The notes beneath the pieces are model-generated. The model was not told where the DNA came from, did no database searches, and saw nothing but the letters and a program-made list of their open reading frames with translations. Made by a program: the position numbers and the translations under genes. Shown here piece by piece: positions 26,216 through 39,230 of a DNA stretch of 64,000 bases. This stretch comes from Camelus ferus. Lineage: Eukaryota. Where the stretch lies: positions 85,252,001 to 85,316,000 of the forward strand of contig NC_045697.1 in NCBI RefSeq assembly GCF_009834535.1, written 5' to 3'. The stretch's first letter is position 1. Every line of letters begins with the position of its first letter.

Positions 26216-28689
26216 AAATACTGCCCACAGCCGGGCACACACGTACTTTACTGCATGTCAACTTTTTTCCAGGAACAAACATGAAGGTTATCCTAATTCA
26301 AACCCAAATACACACAAATAGCCTCTGCCTGAACACCTGAAGTAAGAGCAGGTGCCATTACAAGTTAGGAGCAAACCAGACGTCATCTCGGCTGAGCCGG
26401 CACCCTTCCTTAGGCCACATTCAAACATGCTGCTCAGTGACCAACTGTCATCAGCTCCAGCTCTGTCCTCTTCAGTAGTTTTAATTTCTTTCCCATGCAC
26501 AGCCCTTCAAATTTCTGAAGGCAGGAGTCCCTCCTTCTCTACACTTTCTCTTCTACAAGAAAATAACTCTCTCCTTGTCTGATGTGATGTATGTCCCTTT
26601 GCTATCCTGGTTGCCCTCTTAAAGATGCACACTAATTTGTCAAAGCTCTCCTCACGCAGCACAGAATACAGCACACAAAGGACTATTCTGACCTGGGCAC
26701 TATTTCTGCTGATGCAATTTACAAATCACAAAAGCGTTTTCGGTTGCCACATCTTACGTTTAGCTGAGCTTGCCTTTCTAATCACCTAACCTGTATCAAG
26801 GAAGTTCTCCTGACACCGTGGAAGACCTGAAGGCAAGTTTAACTGAGGAACTGGGTCAGGTTTATGTAGCTAAGCAAATCCTGGACTTGGGCACCTAACC
26901 ACTAAGAGATGGAAACCTTTCATTTGGTACTGTCTCAATAAATATTTTATTCACTAAAAGCTCAGCTAATGTGTCGTTTCTTAAACGACCATTGCCTTTA
27001 CTTCCTTTAAAAGTTCAAAAATATTTTATGAGAGGTAATGAGAGACTTACTTTAAAAGCACTCCAAGTCTTGCCTTTCCAATACGTTTAAAATTGTGCTA
27101 ATTTTTTAAAAGAAGAAGTAACTGACATGACAACGTGAAAGACGCAGTGAAAAGCGCATCATCTTTTCCAGAGTAAATTGATGAGAAAGCCTTCACAGTA
27201 CAGCCACTGTCCCTTTCCAGTTTTACAAACACGTTCAGGCAGTCAGATTTCAGCAACATTTTTGAATAGACCAGTTTTTTGTTGCATAAAGAATAAAGTA
27301 AACTTAGGTAACACTAGTTTATTATACACATAGCTTTGGGGGAGTGTAAAGAACATACAAGAGTTAGTGCGTAAATACTGTGGCATGATCCATTTTAACT
27401 ACGTAGTGGCTTTTTGTTTACTTTTTCATTTTGTCAATATCACAACTTCTCTATAAGTAAAGTGTTGTTTCACCAAGGAATCAGAAAACCACATTAATAA
27501 AAGTCCGCATGTCTTTTGACAGCTTCGTAGTTTCTATCAGATTCATCAGAAATGATTCACCAAACTTTAAATCTGGCTAAAGTTTTACGAGTCTATAGTG
27601 TTGCTCAATTTTTAATATAGATCTGCGACTTACACTGACTTAAAGCCTTGAGGTCAGCTTTTGGAGGACTTCCCCCATGGCATATCGAAAGTGTACACAA
27701 AAATGTGCCAAAAATGAGAAAATTTTAGTAGCAAAATTCTATTCATCAGACACAAAAGCATTTCAAAGAGCTGGTCATGTAAAAAACAATGATAATCTCC
27801 AAGATCCAGAAATCATAGTCTTGATAGTGTTTTTAAAAGAAGATGCTTTGTATCTGACAACTTCTGGACAAAGATTATAGAAACACTGAGTAATAAAAGA
27901 ACACTGAGCACCACAGGGAGAAAAAATGAAAAAGAAAAAATCCACTTTTCTTTTGATTCTGATCTGAATCAAAATTCTGGGAATTCCTAACCCAAACTCC
28001 ACAGGTGCAGTCACTGTTTTCAGATTTTTCCTAAATGCAGCTTTCTACAGCAATTAAAACAATCTGCACAGCCCATTTAAATTAACTGTTCTCTCTTCAT
28101 TCACATCTTCAATATGTATGCAACCCCATAAAGAAACAAATGAATTATTCTGGTATAAGAATACACCTAAGGCAATCAAATATTTCCTAGTCTCTAAGAT
28201 TTATCCTTTCCCTTCTCATAATCATCCAACAATCGTACTTCTGTGCTGAAGAGTTCTAGAAGGTTGACGTTAGTTATCAGTAAACAACTCTTACTGAATG
28301 GCATATCCTATCCAGTTCTTTATTGGTTATTTTAAAATATGCTATGAGAAGCTACAAATGAAATTCTAGAATATAATTCCTTTATTTAACATCTTCAGTA
28401 TAAATAAGGAAACAGAAAATCCAATTTGTTTTAAACTCACAAAACAATGCTTGATTATTAAAAAGTAGAGATACAGATGAACTTCATCTCAAAAGCACTT
28501 AGCACACACGGGTATACAGTAACACAGTGCCAGGTCCGGACGATGGACCAGAGTGAAAAGAAAATGTTAGAAAAGAGTGTGCTAGGAAAAGCTCTCAGTA
28601 GACAAGGTGTGCAAAAGGAGTGAGCACAGCAGGCTTCAGACTGTTACGTTGATGAGGCCTGCCTGGAAGGAAGGCTGGCGCATGGCTGG

Positions 28690-29148
28690 CATGCGGGAAC
28701 GTGGGTTCTCAGGGTGCTCCCAGTCGACAGTTAATGGATAAGGGTAGTTCACTGTTCCCAGACAGTGCTGACAATACGGTTTATGCCAAACACCTGCTTT
28801 TCTTCTGGGAATCTGGAATTTTGGTACATACTAGCCAGAAGGTGCCTACGAGCCCCCATTAAAAGTGTTGGATACTGAATTTCTAATGGCTTCCTTGCAG
28901 GGAACATCGTGTGTGTGTGGCTGCTTTTTCATTACTGGGAGAAGAGTGTGCTGTGTGTGACCCCTCCTGGGAGGGAGAGAGCATAAGGAAATCTATACAT
29001 GGTTCCTCCAGACTCTGCCTGTGCCTTGTTTCCTTTATGAGATCACTGAAATAAATCTTAGCCATGCTTACAACTACATGCTGAGTCCCATAAGTCCGTC
29101 TAGTGAATCTCTGAGTGCGAGGGTGGTCCTGGGAATCCCCAACACACA
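28690..29148 (+). mobile_element. MER21/MER68-like ERVL LTR
   Basis: cttctgggaatctggaattttggtaca..tgtgtgacccctcctgggagggagagc..tgctgagtcccataagtcc..ctagtgaatc..gggtggtcctgggaatccccaacaca. Confidence 0.75.
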
Positions 29149-29779
29149 AGATGAGTTTAGTTCTAGTTGCTGAAATGAATGGCACACAAATTTGTCAACA
29201 GAAGAGGTAGAAAGCCATTTCAAGGCCAACAGAATTTTATCATACTCTTATTTACCTTACAAAAGTTAAACTACATCCACTCAATGAAAGGAAAAAATAA
29301 ATCAGAAAGATCAAAGAAAGAAAATAAATTTAAATAGTAAGGACCATTCTTTTTCATGGCCCATAATTTTAATGACATGAGATTGTTGCCTTATGAACTG
29401 GTTTCAGAACCTAAGCCCTGCATAAGATTCGACTCCACTGTAGAGAACATTATCCCGATGAAAGAACAGTTGAGCAGCTTGGTCATTCTGTGCAGAGGAG
29501 GCAAGATGAATGGTGTTGGTAAATCGGGTTGGGAAGACACAGTCAATAAAGGGTGATGGGACTTAAATCTGGTGGTTCAAGCAATAAAATCAGAGAAATC
29601 ACAGGAAATAAATGGGAAATGCATCAATTAGGAAGCTTTGTGCTTCATCTAACAGAAACTTTAAAGGCAATCACTAATCAGGACCCAACCCGGGAGGCAT
29701 CAGCTTCTCGGTAACAAGATACTGCTGCATGGAGGGAGAGTAGAAACTGGGGAAGATGATTCAACTGGGAAATAATACC

Positions 29780-29940
29780 CATTTCTTATCTCATAGCTCT
29801 ATAGGTCAGAAATCCGGATGAGCCTGATGGAATTTTCTGCTTAGGGTTTATGGAGAAGGCTCCATGCATGAATCTGCCGCTTCCAAGTGCACTCAGGTTG
29901 TTGGACAAACTCCAGTTCCTTGAAGCTGCAGGACCAAGAG
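29780..29940 (-). mobile_element. MaLR (MLT1) LTR fragment
   Basis: atctcatagctctataggtcagaaatcc..cttccaagtgcactcaggttgttggaca. Confidence 0.55.
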
Positions 29941-31019
29941 AGGCCTTTATTTTCATGCTTCTTTCACTTTAGATGAGATGATAGATGATGATTTATAGTC
30001 TACAAGTAATCTTAATTTTGTAAAGAGAATGCAAATGTCTTTAAATATAACATAAACATATGTTTCGTAAGGAATTTAGTCTTATATTAAATAAAAGAAG
30101 GGAAGAGAACGGATAGGGAAGAGACCTACCACATACTCTTTTTAAATTTAATGCTAATACTTGGGTTATGGAGATAATCAGTTCCTCTTATAAAATAAAA
30201 AAGTTTCCATATTTCCCATTTTATCAGTTTTCTCCAAATCTTAAACTTCAACTTATGGGGTTTTTTACATTTATTATAGAGCTGTCTGAGTATACTTTCA
30301 CTAGTGTATATAGAGATATCAAATTTGCATCAAGAATTTAACACATAAGGAAACTATTGACCATAAATATTTTTCTATTACTTTTTCACCTCATAAAGAC
30401 ATATTAAGCCATTCAAACTACAGATGTAGAATATACTAAAGAGAAGAAGTTGGGGAAATTGAAGCTCAAAGGGTATTATATGACATTGGTTTGAGTTTTT
30501 TAAAGTGTGCTTATAAACCTAGGGCTTTCCCCAAGGGAGTGTCTTTAATTTTGCAACAAACTACCTTTTAAGGTAAATCATCTAAAATTACAAAGTGACA
30601 AAAACACCTTCTTTATCCAGAGATACCTCATTTTACTGGCAGCTATTAGCACAAAAATGAGAAAAACTTGTTCCATGCACATACAAAAACCCTAATATTA
30701 AACTCTAATGACCAGTTCACTAGACCCAGGACTTCATCTTCCAAATGTGATCACTGGGGGAAATGGAAACAACTTTGGAAAGTTGCCTGCAATGAAATCC
30801 TGCAAGTCAGAACAACTTAGACATGTGGGTATTATCATGTTCTGTATCTTGAGTTCATAAGATTTTACCTTCATTAACAAAAAGTCCCTTACTGAGTCTA
30901 AAATCAGCTACTTTTCTCATCTATTGTTACCCAGTTACAGTTACCTTTAACAGGTCTCTACTCCAGAATATCTATAGTTCTTGGGCTTTTCCCTAAACAA
31001 GAATTGGAAATTTCCTATA

Positions 31020-31330
31020 CAATATCACAATTCTGTAACCATATGGTTTTGAAAGCTGATGTTTTAAAATTATTTTAGAAAAGTAATATGATACATACAG
31101 TATGTTTACCTACCATTTTCTACAGGGTTTGGAGCACCATCCCATAAACAAACACATCTATGTATGAATAGTCATGCTAAGTAGGATAAAGACAAAAGGC
31201 TGTAAGTGGCCTCATGTAAGTTCAAGTCAGGTTCTGCTGCTAAACAAGTTATTTGAAAAAAAAAAAAAAAGAAATTTGGTTTTCGAAGCTTTTTATATTT
31301 CTGATTTTCAGGTAAAAGTCTATGGGTCTA
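31020..31330. mobile_element. MER33/MER3-like hAT-Charlie non-autonomous element
   Basis: caggttctgctgctaaacaagttat...tttggttttcgaagctttttatatttctgattttcaggtaaa. Confidence 0.5.
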
Positions 31331-31681
31331 GAGATTAAAATGAGTTAATCAGTCAACCCGTTAGAGTCCTTTTTCTCCACAGAGATGACATAAATGTATC
31401 AGAATGATGACAGATGCTCTGGCAATGGTACAGAACCACAGAATTAAAGAAAAACGTGCTAATTTACCTGGGAACTGATCCTTACTGTGCTAAATTTGTA
31501 AAAGTTTGCATGGATAGTAGACAGTTTATAAAAGTGCTTTTTGGCACTACAAGTCCTAAGAAAACATATTTTCTTTGTGGAGAGCAACTCCCACATTCTC
31601 TTTGACCTGGAAGTGAAGCCGGTAGATAAAAACAGGGCACATTAGTAAGATCTACAGTCTCTACATCAGAATACATTCCTT

Positions 31682-31776
31682 GGGGGGTGGGAATAGCTCA
31701 GTGGTAGAGCACATGCTTAGCATGCATGAACCTGGGTTCAATCCCTAGTACCTCCATTTAAAAGCAATTTGTAAAA
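31682..31776 (+). mobile_element. Camelid Vic-1-type tRNA-Ala(AGC)-derived SINE with TSD
   Basis: A box TAGCTCAGTGG, anticodon arm CATGC-TTAGCAT-GCATG, B box GGTTCAATCCC and an A-rich tail. TSD AGAATACATT(C/T)CT at 31668-31680 and 31777-31789. Confidence 0.88.
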
Positions 31777-32847
31777 AGAATACATTTCTCTTTAGGTCAC
31801 TTGCAATCTACTTATGAATATGCAAATTGGAGACAACATGCAACTGCCCTCCTTCAGGTTTTTGAAAGGTCTATTTATAAAGTACAAAGTTACCATCTTT
31901 AATGTGGACGAAAGAATATGTGTTTCAACTGATCTCTAGGGCCAGACAGAAGGAAAAATGTTTTAAAAACATGATTTGTTAATCAAAAGTTAAAAAATAA
32001 CAAATATGCACATCAAAACATTAATTATCTAAACTGTCCTAAAAATTCTTCAAAGAACAAAGTACTTTCAGAGTGGTCATTTATCATACAGTAAGGAAAT
32101 TATGGGCCAAACCATTAAAAAGAATTTATTCAAGTCCATGAGCATTAATCTTCTTTATATAAAAAGAAAATATGGAATTTCTCAGGCAGAATTTTATGCA
32201 AACTTTCAGTAGTGTTTGGAGAGTCCCCATTGTGTGCAGAGTAGCTACACGTACGCCAGTGTTTCTAACTTGTAGACATACCATCCCTATCTTTAGAAAA
32301 AATTCATTAAACCCACTTTTTTATATTCAACATAAATTAGAGCTACAATTTGTTACTAAAACAGACCCAAAACTAAATAACCACACAGCTTATATACTCA
32401 GATGCAAATAAATCAAGCTGCTCATAAAGAGAATTCTAGCCTGCCTGTTGTTCTCACATTTAATTTACTACATAATAACAGCAAAAGGTCTTGGCAAACA
32501 TAAAAATGTAAACTACACTGAATACAAACAGAGCCTGTGTTGCTATAATATTAAAGAATCAACAGATGGTTGGCATCAGGAGACTGGCACAAATACAAAA
32601 AAACTAGAAAGGCAAGTAAATAAAAAGCCAAATGTATAGAAACTGAACAAGGTATGCTTGAACCTCATTTACCATACTGAGAAAAAAAAACCCTCGTGTC
32701 AACACACAAGTGATCTGGAATCTCCGTTAGGTTCTATGATCTAAAGCCCTGGGAAATACTCAGACTCGGTTAACTGATGCATGAACTACAGAGTGAAAAA
32801 GCTTGCCAAACTCTGCATGAGAACACTGTGTAAGGAGGCTGCACAGT

Positions 32848-33032
32848 TTAAAAAGGGAAGGGAGAGTGGTAGAAAGAAGAAGAAAGAAGAGAAAGAAGAA
32901 GAGGAAAAGAGGAGAAGGGAGAGAGGAGGCCGAGGGAGGAAGCATCAGAGAGGAGGAAGAAGCAGGGAAGAAGAGGGAGGAGGACCAGCGGGGGCTGGGG
33001 GGTGGGGAGTAGGAGAAAGGATGGAGGAGAGG
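32848..33032. repeat. Polypurine/polypyrimidine low-complexity tract
   Basis: (GAA)n/(GGA)n-rich and almost purine-only on the + strand. Confidence 0.9.
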
Positions 33033-33149
33033 CGCCTGCAAGGCTCCCACTCTGAGATCCAGCCTGCACGTCCCAACCAGATTAAAGTTTCTAGAACTAT
33101 ACGAAGGTGTTATGACCTAAACTAAGCAAATACATATATTCAAGTCTTC

Positions 33150-33560
33150 TATTATTCAAAAAGTCATAAGCAAGTACAATGTGTCAAGCACTGCACACGA
33201 GGCACTGGGGCACACAGATAATGACTCCATCCTTTTTCATCTCATTCGAAAAACATGTTTTGTTTGCACCAAGAAATCAAAGATAAACAACATTTAATCC
33301 CTGTGAAAGAGCTCACAGCCTAGCGAGCAGGGACAGACACCCGGATGCACAGTAAATGCTGGGACAGTGACCTAATGAGAGCAGTGAGGAGAAGCCCCCA
33401 CGTCAGCCTGGCAGGTACCGGGGTGGGTATAGGTGAGAAGGTAAAGGGGCTGGCAAAACAAAGGCACACATGGGAGTGAACGAAATGTGAAACTGAAGAG
33501 TTGGGTGTGAACCAGGAAATGATTGAGAACCAGGGTAGAGAGGTCAGCAGTGGGTCAGGT
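33150..33560 (+). mobile_element. L2 LINE fragment
   Basis: tgtgtcaagcactg..ggcactggggcacacagata..gagctcacagcctagcgagcagggacagac. Confidence 0.6.
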
Positions 33561-33719
33561 CTTGGGCTCCGTATGACACTTGGTAGCACTCTGGAAAAAG
33601 AGTGTAACTCTTCCTCTCCCCTAAGTGAATGGATGCTCAGCAGTCAGGACACCATAGAGTTCCAGACTCTTCTTACGGGGAGATTTATTTGCTCAGTCTA
33701 GGTAGGGTTGACCCGGGGC

Positions 33720-34569
33720 AGGCAAAACTAGACACCTACTAGTTTGAGGCTTTTGTGTATGGAATTGTTTTTTGTCTAGCTTCTTACACTCTCCTGCACA
33801 AAAAAGGAGGCACAGAACAGTTTTTCATAGCCAAGTTTCCGTCTAGTAGAGGAATATCCTTTACAGCAAAACTCTGACCTTCATCCAGCTTAACTCAAGC
33901 ACTTCCTATAACAGGAACTCTCTACCCTCCTGGTGCCAGAAAGGTTTTCCTCATGTTGATTAGAAACATGATTCTCTTTACTTCCACATAAAGGTTTTTT
34001 TCTTTTTTTAGTTCTGTCCTCAAACAGGAAAGCTAAGCCTTCACCGTCTTCCACATAACAACACTTTAAATCATGTGATGACAACCATCTGACTCTGCTC
34101 CTACTCTTCTTCAGATTAAGAATCCCAGTTCCCTCAAGGGACTGATCGACCAGTCACAGTTTCCAAACCCTTTCTGTGTTTGGCTGCTCTCTGTTGAATG
34201 TCAGATGTTTACCAATTTCCAGATCCACAGCTAACACCCAGAAATTGACATGCCCTTACTGCTGTGGGCTGACCAGTATGCACTATAACGGCACTCTTCT
34301 TTCCCACCAGCACAACATTTACTTCTTTATTTTGCAGTCTGTGTTTTCCATCTAGCCACCAAGAGATACTGCTAACCAAAATGTCCACATAAAGCAAGTA
34401 AACCCTTCAGATATTTGCATAGGAGTCAATATCAAGTCCGGTATCTTGAATTCTGAAAACTGACTTTACATTTATCCGTGTTTAATTTCATCATATAAGC
34501 ATTAGGTCCATCACTCTAGTTACTAACAGCTTTTGAATCCTGACTACATATCTTAAAATATTATCTATC
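33720..34569 (-). mobile_element. L3/CR1 LINE fragment
   Basis: aaggttttcctcatgttgattagaaa..cccagaaattgaca..ctgaccagt..cagtctgtgttttcc..tgactttacatttatccgtgtttaatttcatc resembles reverse CR1/L3. Confidence 0.55.
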
Positions 34570-35462
34570 CTTCACACCCATGAGGGTGGCTACTATCAAA
34601 AAAACAGAAAACAGGATCAGACACCTTCACTGGTGAATTCTATCAAACATTCAAAGAGTACCAATCCTTCTCAAATTCTTACCAGAAAGTAAAAGGGAAG
34701 GAACTCTTCCCATCTCATTTTATGAAACCAGCATTACACTGATGCCAAAACCAAACAAGGATGCTACAAGGAAAGAAAATCTCTGGCCAATATCATAGAT
34801 GAATATAGATGCAAAAATCCTCAACAAAATATTAGCAAACCAAATTCAACAGTTCATTAAAATGACTATATACCATGATCAAGTGGGATTTATCCCAGGG
34901 ATGCAGGGATGGTCCAACATCCACAAAGCAGTCAATGTGACCCCACATTAACAAAATGAAAGTTAAAAATCAGATGATTATCTCAATAAATGCAGAAAAA
35001 GCATTTGGCAAAACTTAACACCATTTATGACTTAAAAAACTCTCAACAAAGTGGGTGTAGATGAAACGTACCACAACACAATACAGCTCACATATGACAA
35101 GCCGACAGCTGACGTCATGCACAAAGACAAAACGCTAAGAGCTTTTTCTTCAAGGTCAGCGACAAGACAAGGATGCTCACTCTTGCTGCTTTTATTCAAC
35201 ACAGCATTGAAAGTGCGAGCTACAGCAATCAGACAGTTTAAAAAGGCATCCAAATTTGAAAGGAAAAAATAAAACTGTCAATATTTGTGGATGACAGGAC
35301 TTTACATATAGAAAGTCCTAAAGACTCCACCAAAAAACTGTTAGAATAAATAAATTCAGTAGAGTTGCAGGGCATGAAATCAATACACAAAGATCTGTTG
35401 TGTTTTTATACAGTTAACAACAGACTATCAGAAAGACAAAGTAAGAAAAGAATCTCATTTAC
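34570..35462 (+). mobile_element. L1 ORF2 reverse-transcriptase fragment, disrupted, with a short foreign L1 piece at its 5' end
   Basis: Classic RT-region sequence (ttcactggtgaattctatcaaaca..gatgcaaaaatcctcaacaaaatattagcaaac..caagtgggatttatcccagggatgca..tttgtggatgaca). ORF 35051..35272 reads TRQGCSL..LLFN. Confidence 0.95.
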
Positions 35463-37319
35463 TTGTTCACAATTTTGTCTCCCAGAAACACTAGATGAAT
35501 AAAGAAAGCTGCACTCATTTGAACTGAGCCACACAGAAATACACAAAACACTTCCACCTCAAATAGCTACCATCTGCCCCCGTTCACCAGATGTGCTATG
35601 AGACATACCCATCCACTTCAGATGTTACAACCTTCCATTCATTTTCAAACAACCGCCCCACTTCCACCACTTCATAAGAACCCCCAAGGTGCAAACCTTC
35701 TGGCATATACATCCACAAGCAAATTTCAGGTCTTTGTAAAGGTTAACCGACATATTCATCCAGTTACTTACGTATTTCTTCACCACTTTACACATGTAAA
35801 ACTGTGCTACCATTTTTATTAGATTCCTGTCTTTTATTTTATGTGTCAGAGACAAAGTTTCTGTATTTTGTGTCCCTAACCCTATTTTTCCCAGAAGCCT
35901 TATGGTTCGTATTGAACAATACTGCATAGCATACTGACTTTTAAGAACAATCCTGTCACCTTATAGCAGAACTGACTGTAGAGCCCAACAGCTAAAGAGA
36001 AACAAGATCAAAAACATACAGACCTGACAGAGTAAAAGAGTTGAAAACACTTAAGACCATGAAACAAATTCCAGGTCTGATGTATATTCTAGGATAAGAT
36101 TAATTTTTATAAGTTTTATTTCTTGTTGAGGCACTTGATGAAAAATCCAAGGATTCTATTTACTACAAGTCTGGAATCCCCAGGACATGAAAGAAAGCAC
36201 GCAAAGTTTTAGGTAAATAAAAACCACCTTCATTCTCCATTGCTACAGCAACTAGGAGCCTAGCACTCTGCTTTATGTAACTTTAGTAAAATACTAACAG
36301 AAAACTTACAGTGCCATGTGGGAGTAGTCAAATTCAGAGGAATCCTTAAAAACAAAACAAAGCAAACTCTTATAGGACATTCTCCTGCAGAACTCAAAAT
36401 AGTTGTGTCATCGAGACCTCTCCAGAGAAACCTCATCTCAGAAATACCACATATAATGTATTATAAATGGAAAAAAAATTTTTTGCCATGAGAAGGATAA
36501 AGAGTAGCTTGCTGAAAATGACTCTAGTGCTAACTTTGAGACAAGGTAAATTCAACAAGATAGAGTTCAGAATGATAAGCTTAACAAGTAAGAGAACATG
36601 AGGCAAGCTCAGCTTTGTTTTCATGTCACCAAATAAATAGAAGACTTTGTTCTTGAAACACAAGTGACCTTTACAAGTAGCAAGCATTCTCCTTCTCAGT
36701 CGCCCTCCTTCTGACCACGGCCACTATCGTGTACCGCATCATTCAGGCTGGAGTTGACGGTGAAATAAGCAAGGAAACGCTCGCCCAGCCCAGCGATCAT
36801 CTACGTGGCCAGCTGCTGTGAAAACCACGTTCCGTTCCTGGGATAACTTTCTAATTTACCAACTCAGTTGCTTTTCCACTCCTAGTACCAATTTTTACCT
36901 GCAGGCTGTTTGAAGAATGATTTCAATTAAAACGACCTTATCTTTAGACCAACTTCATGCTTACTACCCAGGAAATTATAAAATGTGGTATGTAAAAATC
37001 TCTGGCCACGGGACAAAGACAAAAGAAGAATAAAGTAAGGAATTAGTTTTTGATTATTAACAAAAAAAAAAGCTGACCACCTCGTTCTCAGATTGGACAG
37101 CGATTAAGTCACCCAATTACATTTTAAATCCCTAATAAATAAATGTTATGTGTTCATATGGTAACAAAGAATTCCAGAGAGAATAATGAAATTTTTGAGC
37201 TGCTAACTTCTGTAGACTTTCATTTCTGTCCTTTACTATACCGATAATTCCCTAAGAAACAAACTCATTGAAGTCATCTCTTGATTAAAAAGCAATCTGC
37301 AAGAACTTTCATTTAAAAA

Positions 37320-38150
37320 AAACACTGATTAACAAAGGAGCCAAAGAAATTCAATGTAGAAAAGACAGTCTGTTCAACAAATGGTGCTGGAACAACTGGA
37401 CATATATGTACAAAAACTAAACCACACATAGGCTTTCAAACTTCCAAAAATTAGCTTCTCCAAATGAATTACAGACCTAAACGTAAAATGCAAGACTATA
37501 AAACTCCTAGAATATAACATAGAATAAAACCTAAATAGACCTTAGATTTGGGGATGGTTTTTTCAGATACAATATCCAAAGCACCGATTCATAAAAGGAA
37601 AAATTGACAATTTAGCCTTCATTAAAATTTAAATTTCTGCTCAACGAAAGATACTACAAAGAGAATGAGAGGCAAACCACATACACTGGGAGAAAAATCT
37701 TTGCTTGTATCTAAAAGATAAAAAGAATTCTTAAAACTCAACAATAAGAAAACAAAATGGGCAGGAGGGGGAATTGGAGGAAGGTGGTCAAAAGGTACAA
37801 ACTTCCAGTTATAAGATAAACAAGGACTAGGGACGTAATGTACAAAATGATGGCCTCAGCTAACAATGCTGTATGACACATAGGGAAGTCAGGGCAGTAA
37901 AGTCCTAGGGTTCTCATTACCAGGAGAGAAAATCCTTTAAAATCTGATTTTACACAAGATATCAATGGGTACAAAGAACATTCAAAACCAACTGCTAAAA
38001 GGTACAGGGTTTCTCTAGGGGGTGCTGCAAATATTCTAAATTAGACAGTGGTGCTGACTTCACATTCTTTGAACATAACTGAAAACTACTGATATGTATT
38101 AAATGATGAGTTTCATGGTATATAAATTATTTCTCAATAAGGCTGCTATA
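37320..38150 (+). mobile_element. Composite L1: ORF2 3' fragment, L1MA9-like 3' UTR piece (~37760-37930) and L1MB/C-like 3' end
   Basis: ttcaacaaatggtgctggaacaactgga; aaggtggtcaaaaggtacaaacttccagttataagataaa; aggtacagggtttct..ttctcaataaggctgct. Confidence 0.8.
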
Positions 38151-38869
38151 AGAATAATTCACAAATGCCTCCCACATTTATGCACAAATTATTAGTGCAA
38201 AGACAAGGATATCAGTGACCACATATCAGATATGCAATATCACTGTTTCTTATGTTAAGATAGACATAAAAACTCATACATTTCCTGTTGGTCTTAAATA
38301 TGCACGGAGACGCACACAGAACGATCTGTAAAAGTGGATATACACAAAAAAGATAATTAAGTTCACGTATTTTGCTCTACTTTTCCCCATCATGTAGTCA
38401 TATGAGACTTGTGTAATGAAAAGTTTCGAGAGCATAATAACTTGGTTAACACATGCATCTCCCTTTATTTACACTTCCCCCGACTTGAAATACTTGCCCA
38501 ACCTATAGAAGCACTGTTAAGAGTTCTAATAACCAAAAAGACTTTCACTAAGTGTGCTTTCTATGTTCCCCAATCAAATCATTTGGAGAACATGGAAATA
38601 ATGAAAGACACAAATACTGGACTCTTCACCAGATATTAAGATTTACCTTTTCTTCCAGGCACTTTTTGTATCTTTCTAGGTAAACCCAGCACCTAATACA
38701 TCATCTGGGACAGAGTAAGCATTCAGGATGCAGCTGCTGAATGAACAAATAACCAGTGTGGTCATTCTCATGGGGGACACTGCCTCTGAATACACACCCT
38801 GCCCATCCTCCATCCCCAGAGAAGGCTAAACTTGTTCCAGCGCCCACCCTTCCCTAGGAAGTCTACCCC

Positions 38870-39230
38870 AGCTCCAGGTTGTTTCTGACTGGCGAAGAGC
38901 AATCCCATTCCTTTTGCCAGTTCAGGAATGAATATGTGACACCTAAGGGGGGATGTACTACAGGAAGGCGGTTCTTGAAAAGGTGTCCTTTCTCCTTACA
39001 GACACCATCTCGTTTGAAACATGCCAGGTGCCTGCCACCAGCTTGAGGATTAAGCCCCTACCAAGGTCAGCAAAGCCAAGTGGTGCAAAGAGCTTCGGTG
39101 ACACCAGTGAGCTAATTAACCAACCATCCCTAAAGCCTGTTAGATCACTAAAATTCCTCTTATTTAATGTAATGTCCTCCTTATTTAAATGAGTAGGAGT
39201 GGCTGCTGTTTGCAGCCAAATGCATCTATT
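38870..39230 (+). mobile_element. Old ERVL/MaLR-type LTR fragment
   Basis: atcccattccttttgccagttcaggaatgaatatgtgac..tttgcagccaaatgcatct. Confidence 0.5.

Noticed and set aside
32760..33125. Overlapping Lys/Glu/Arg-rich and Ser/Pro/Leu-rich ORFs
   Set aside because: They result from the stop-poor polypurine tract and show no recognisable protein similarity.
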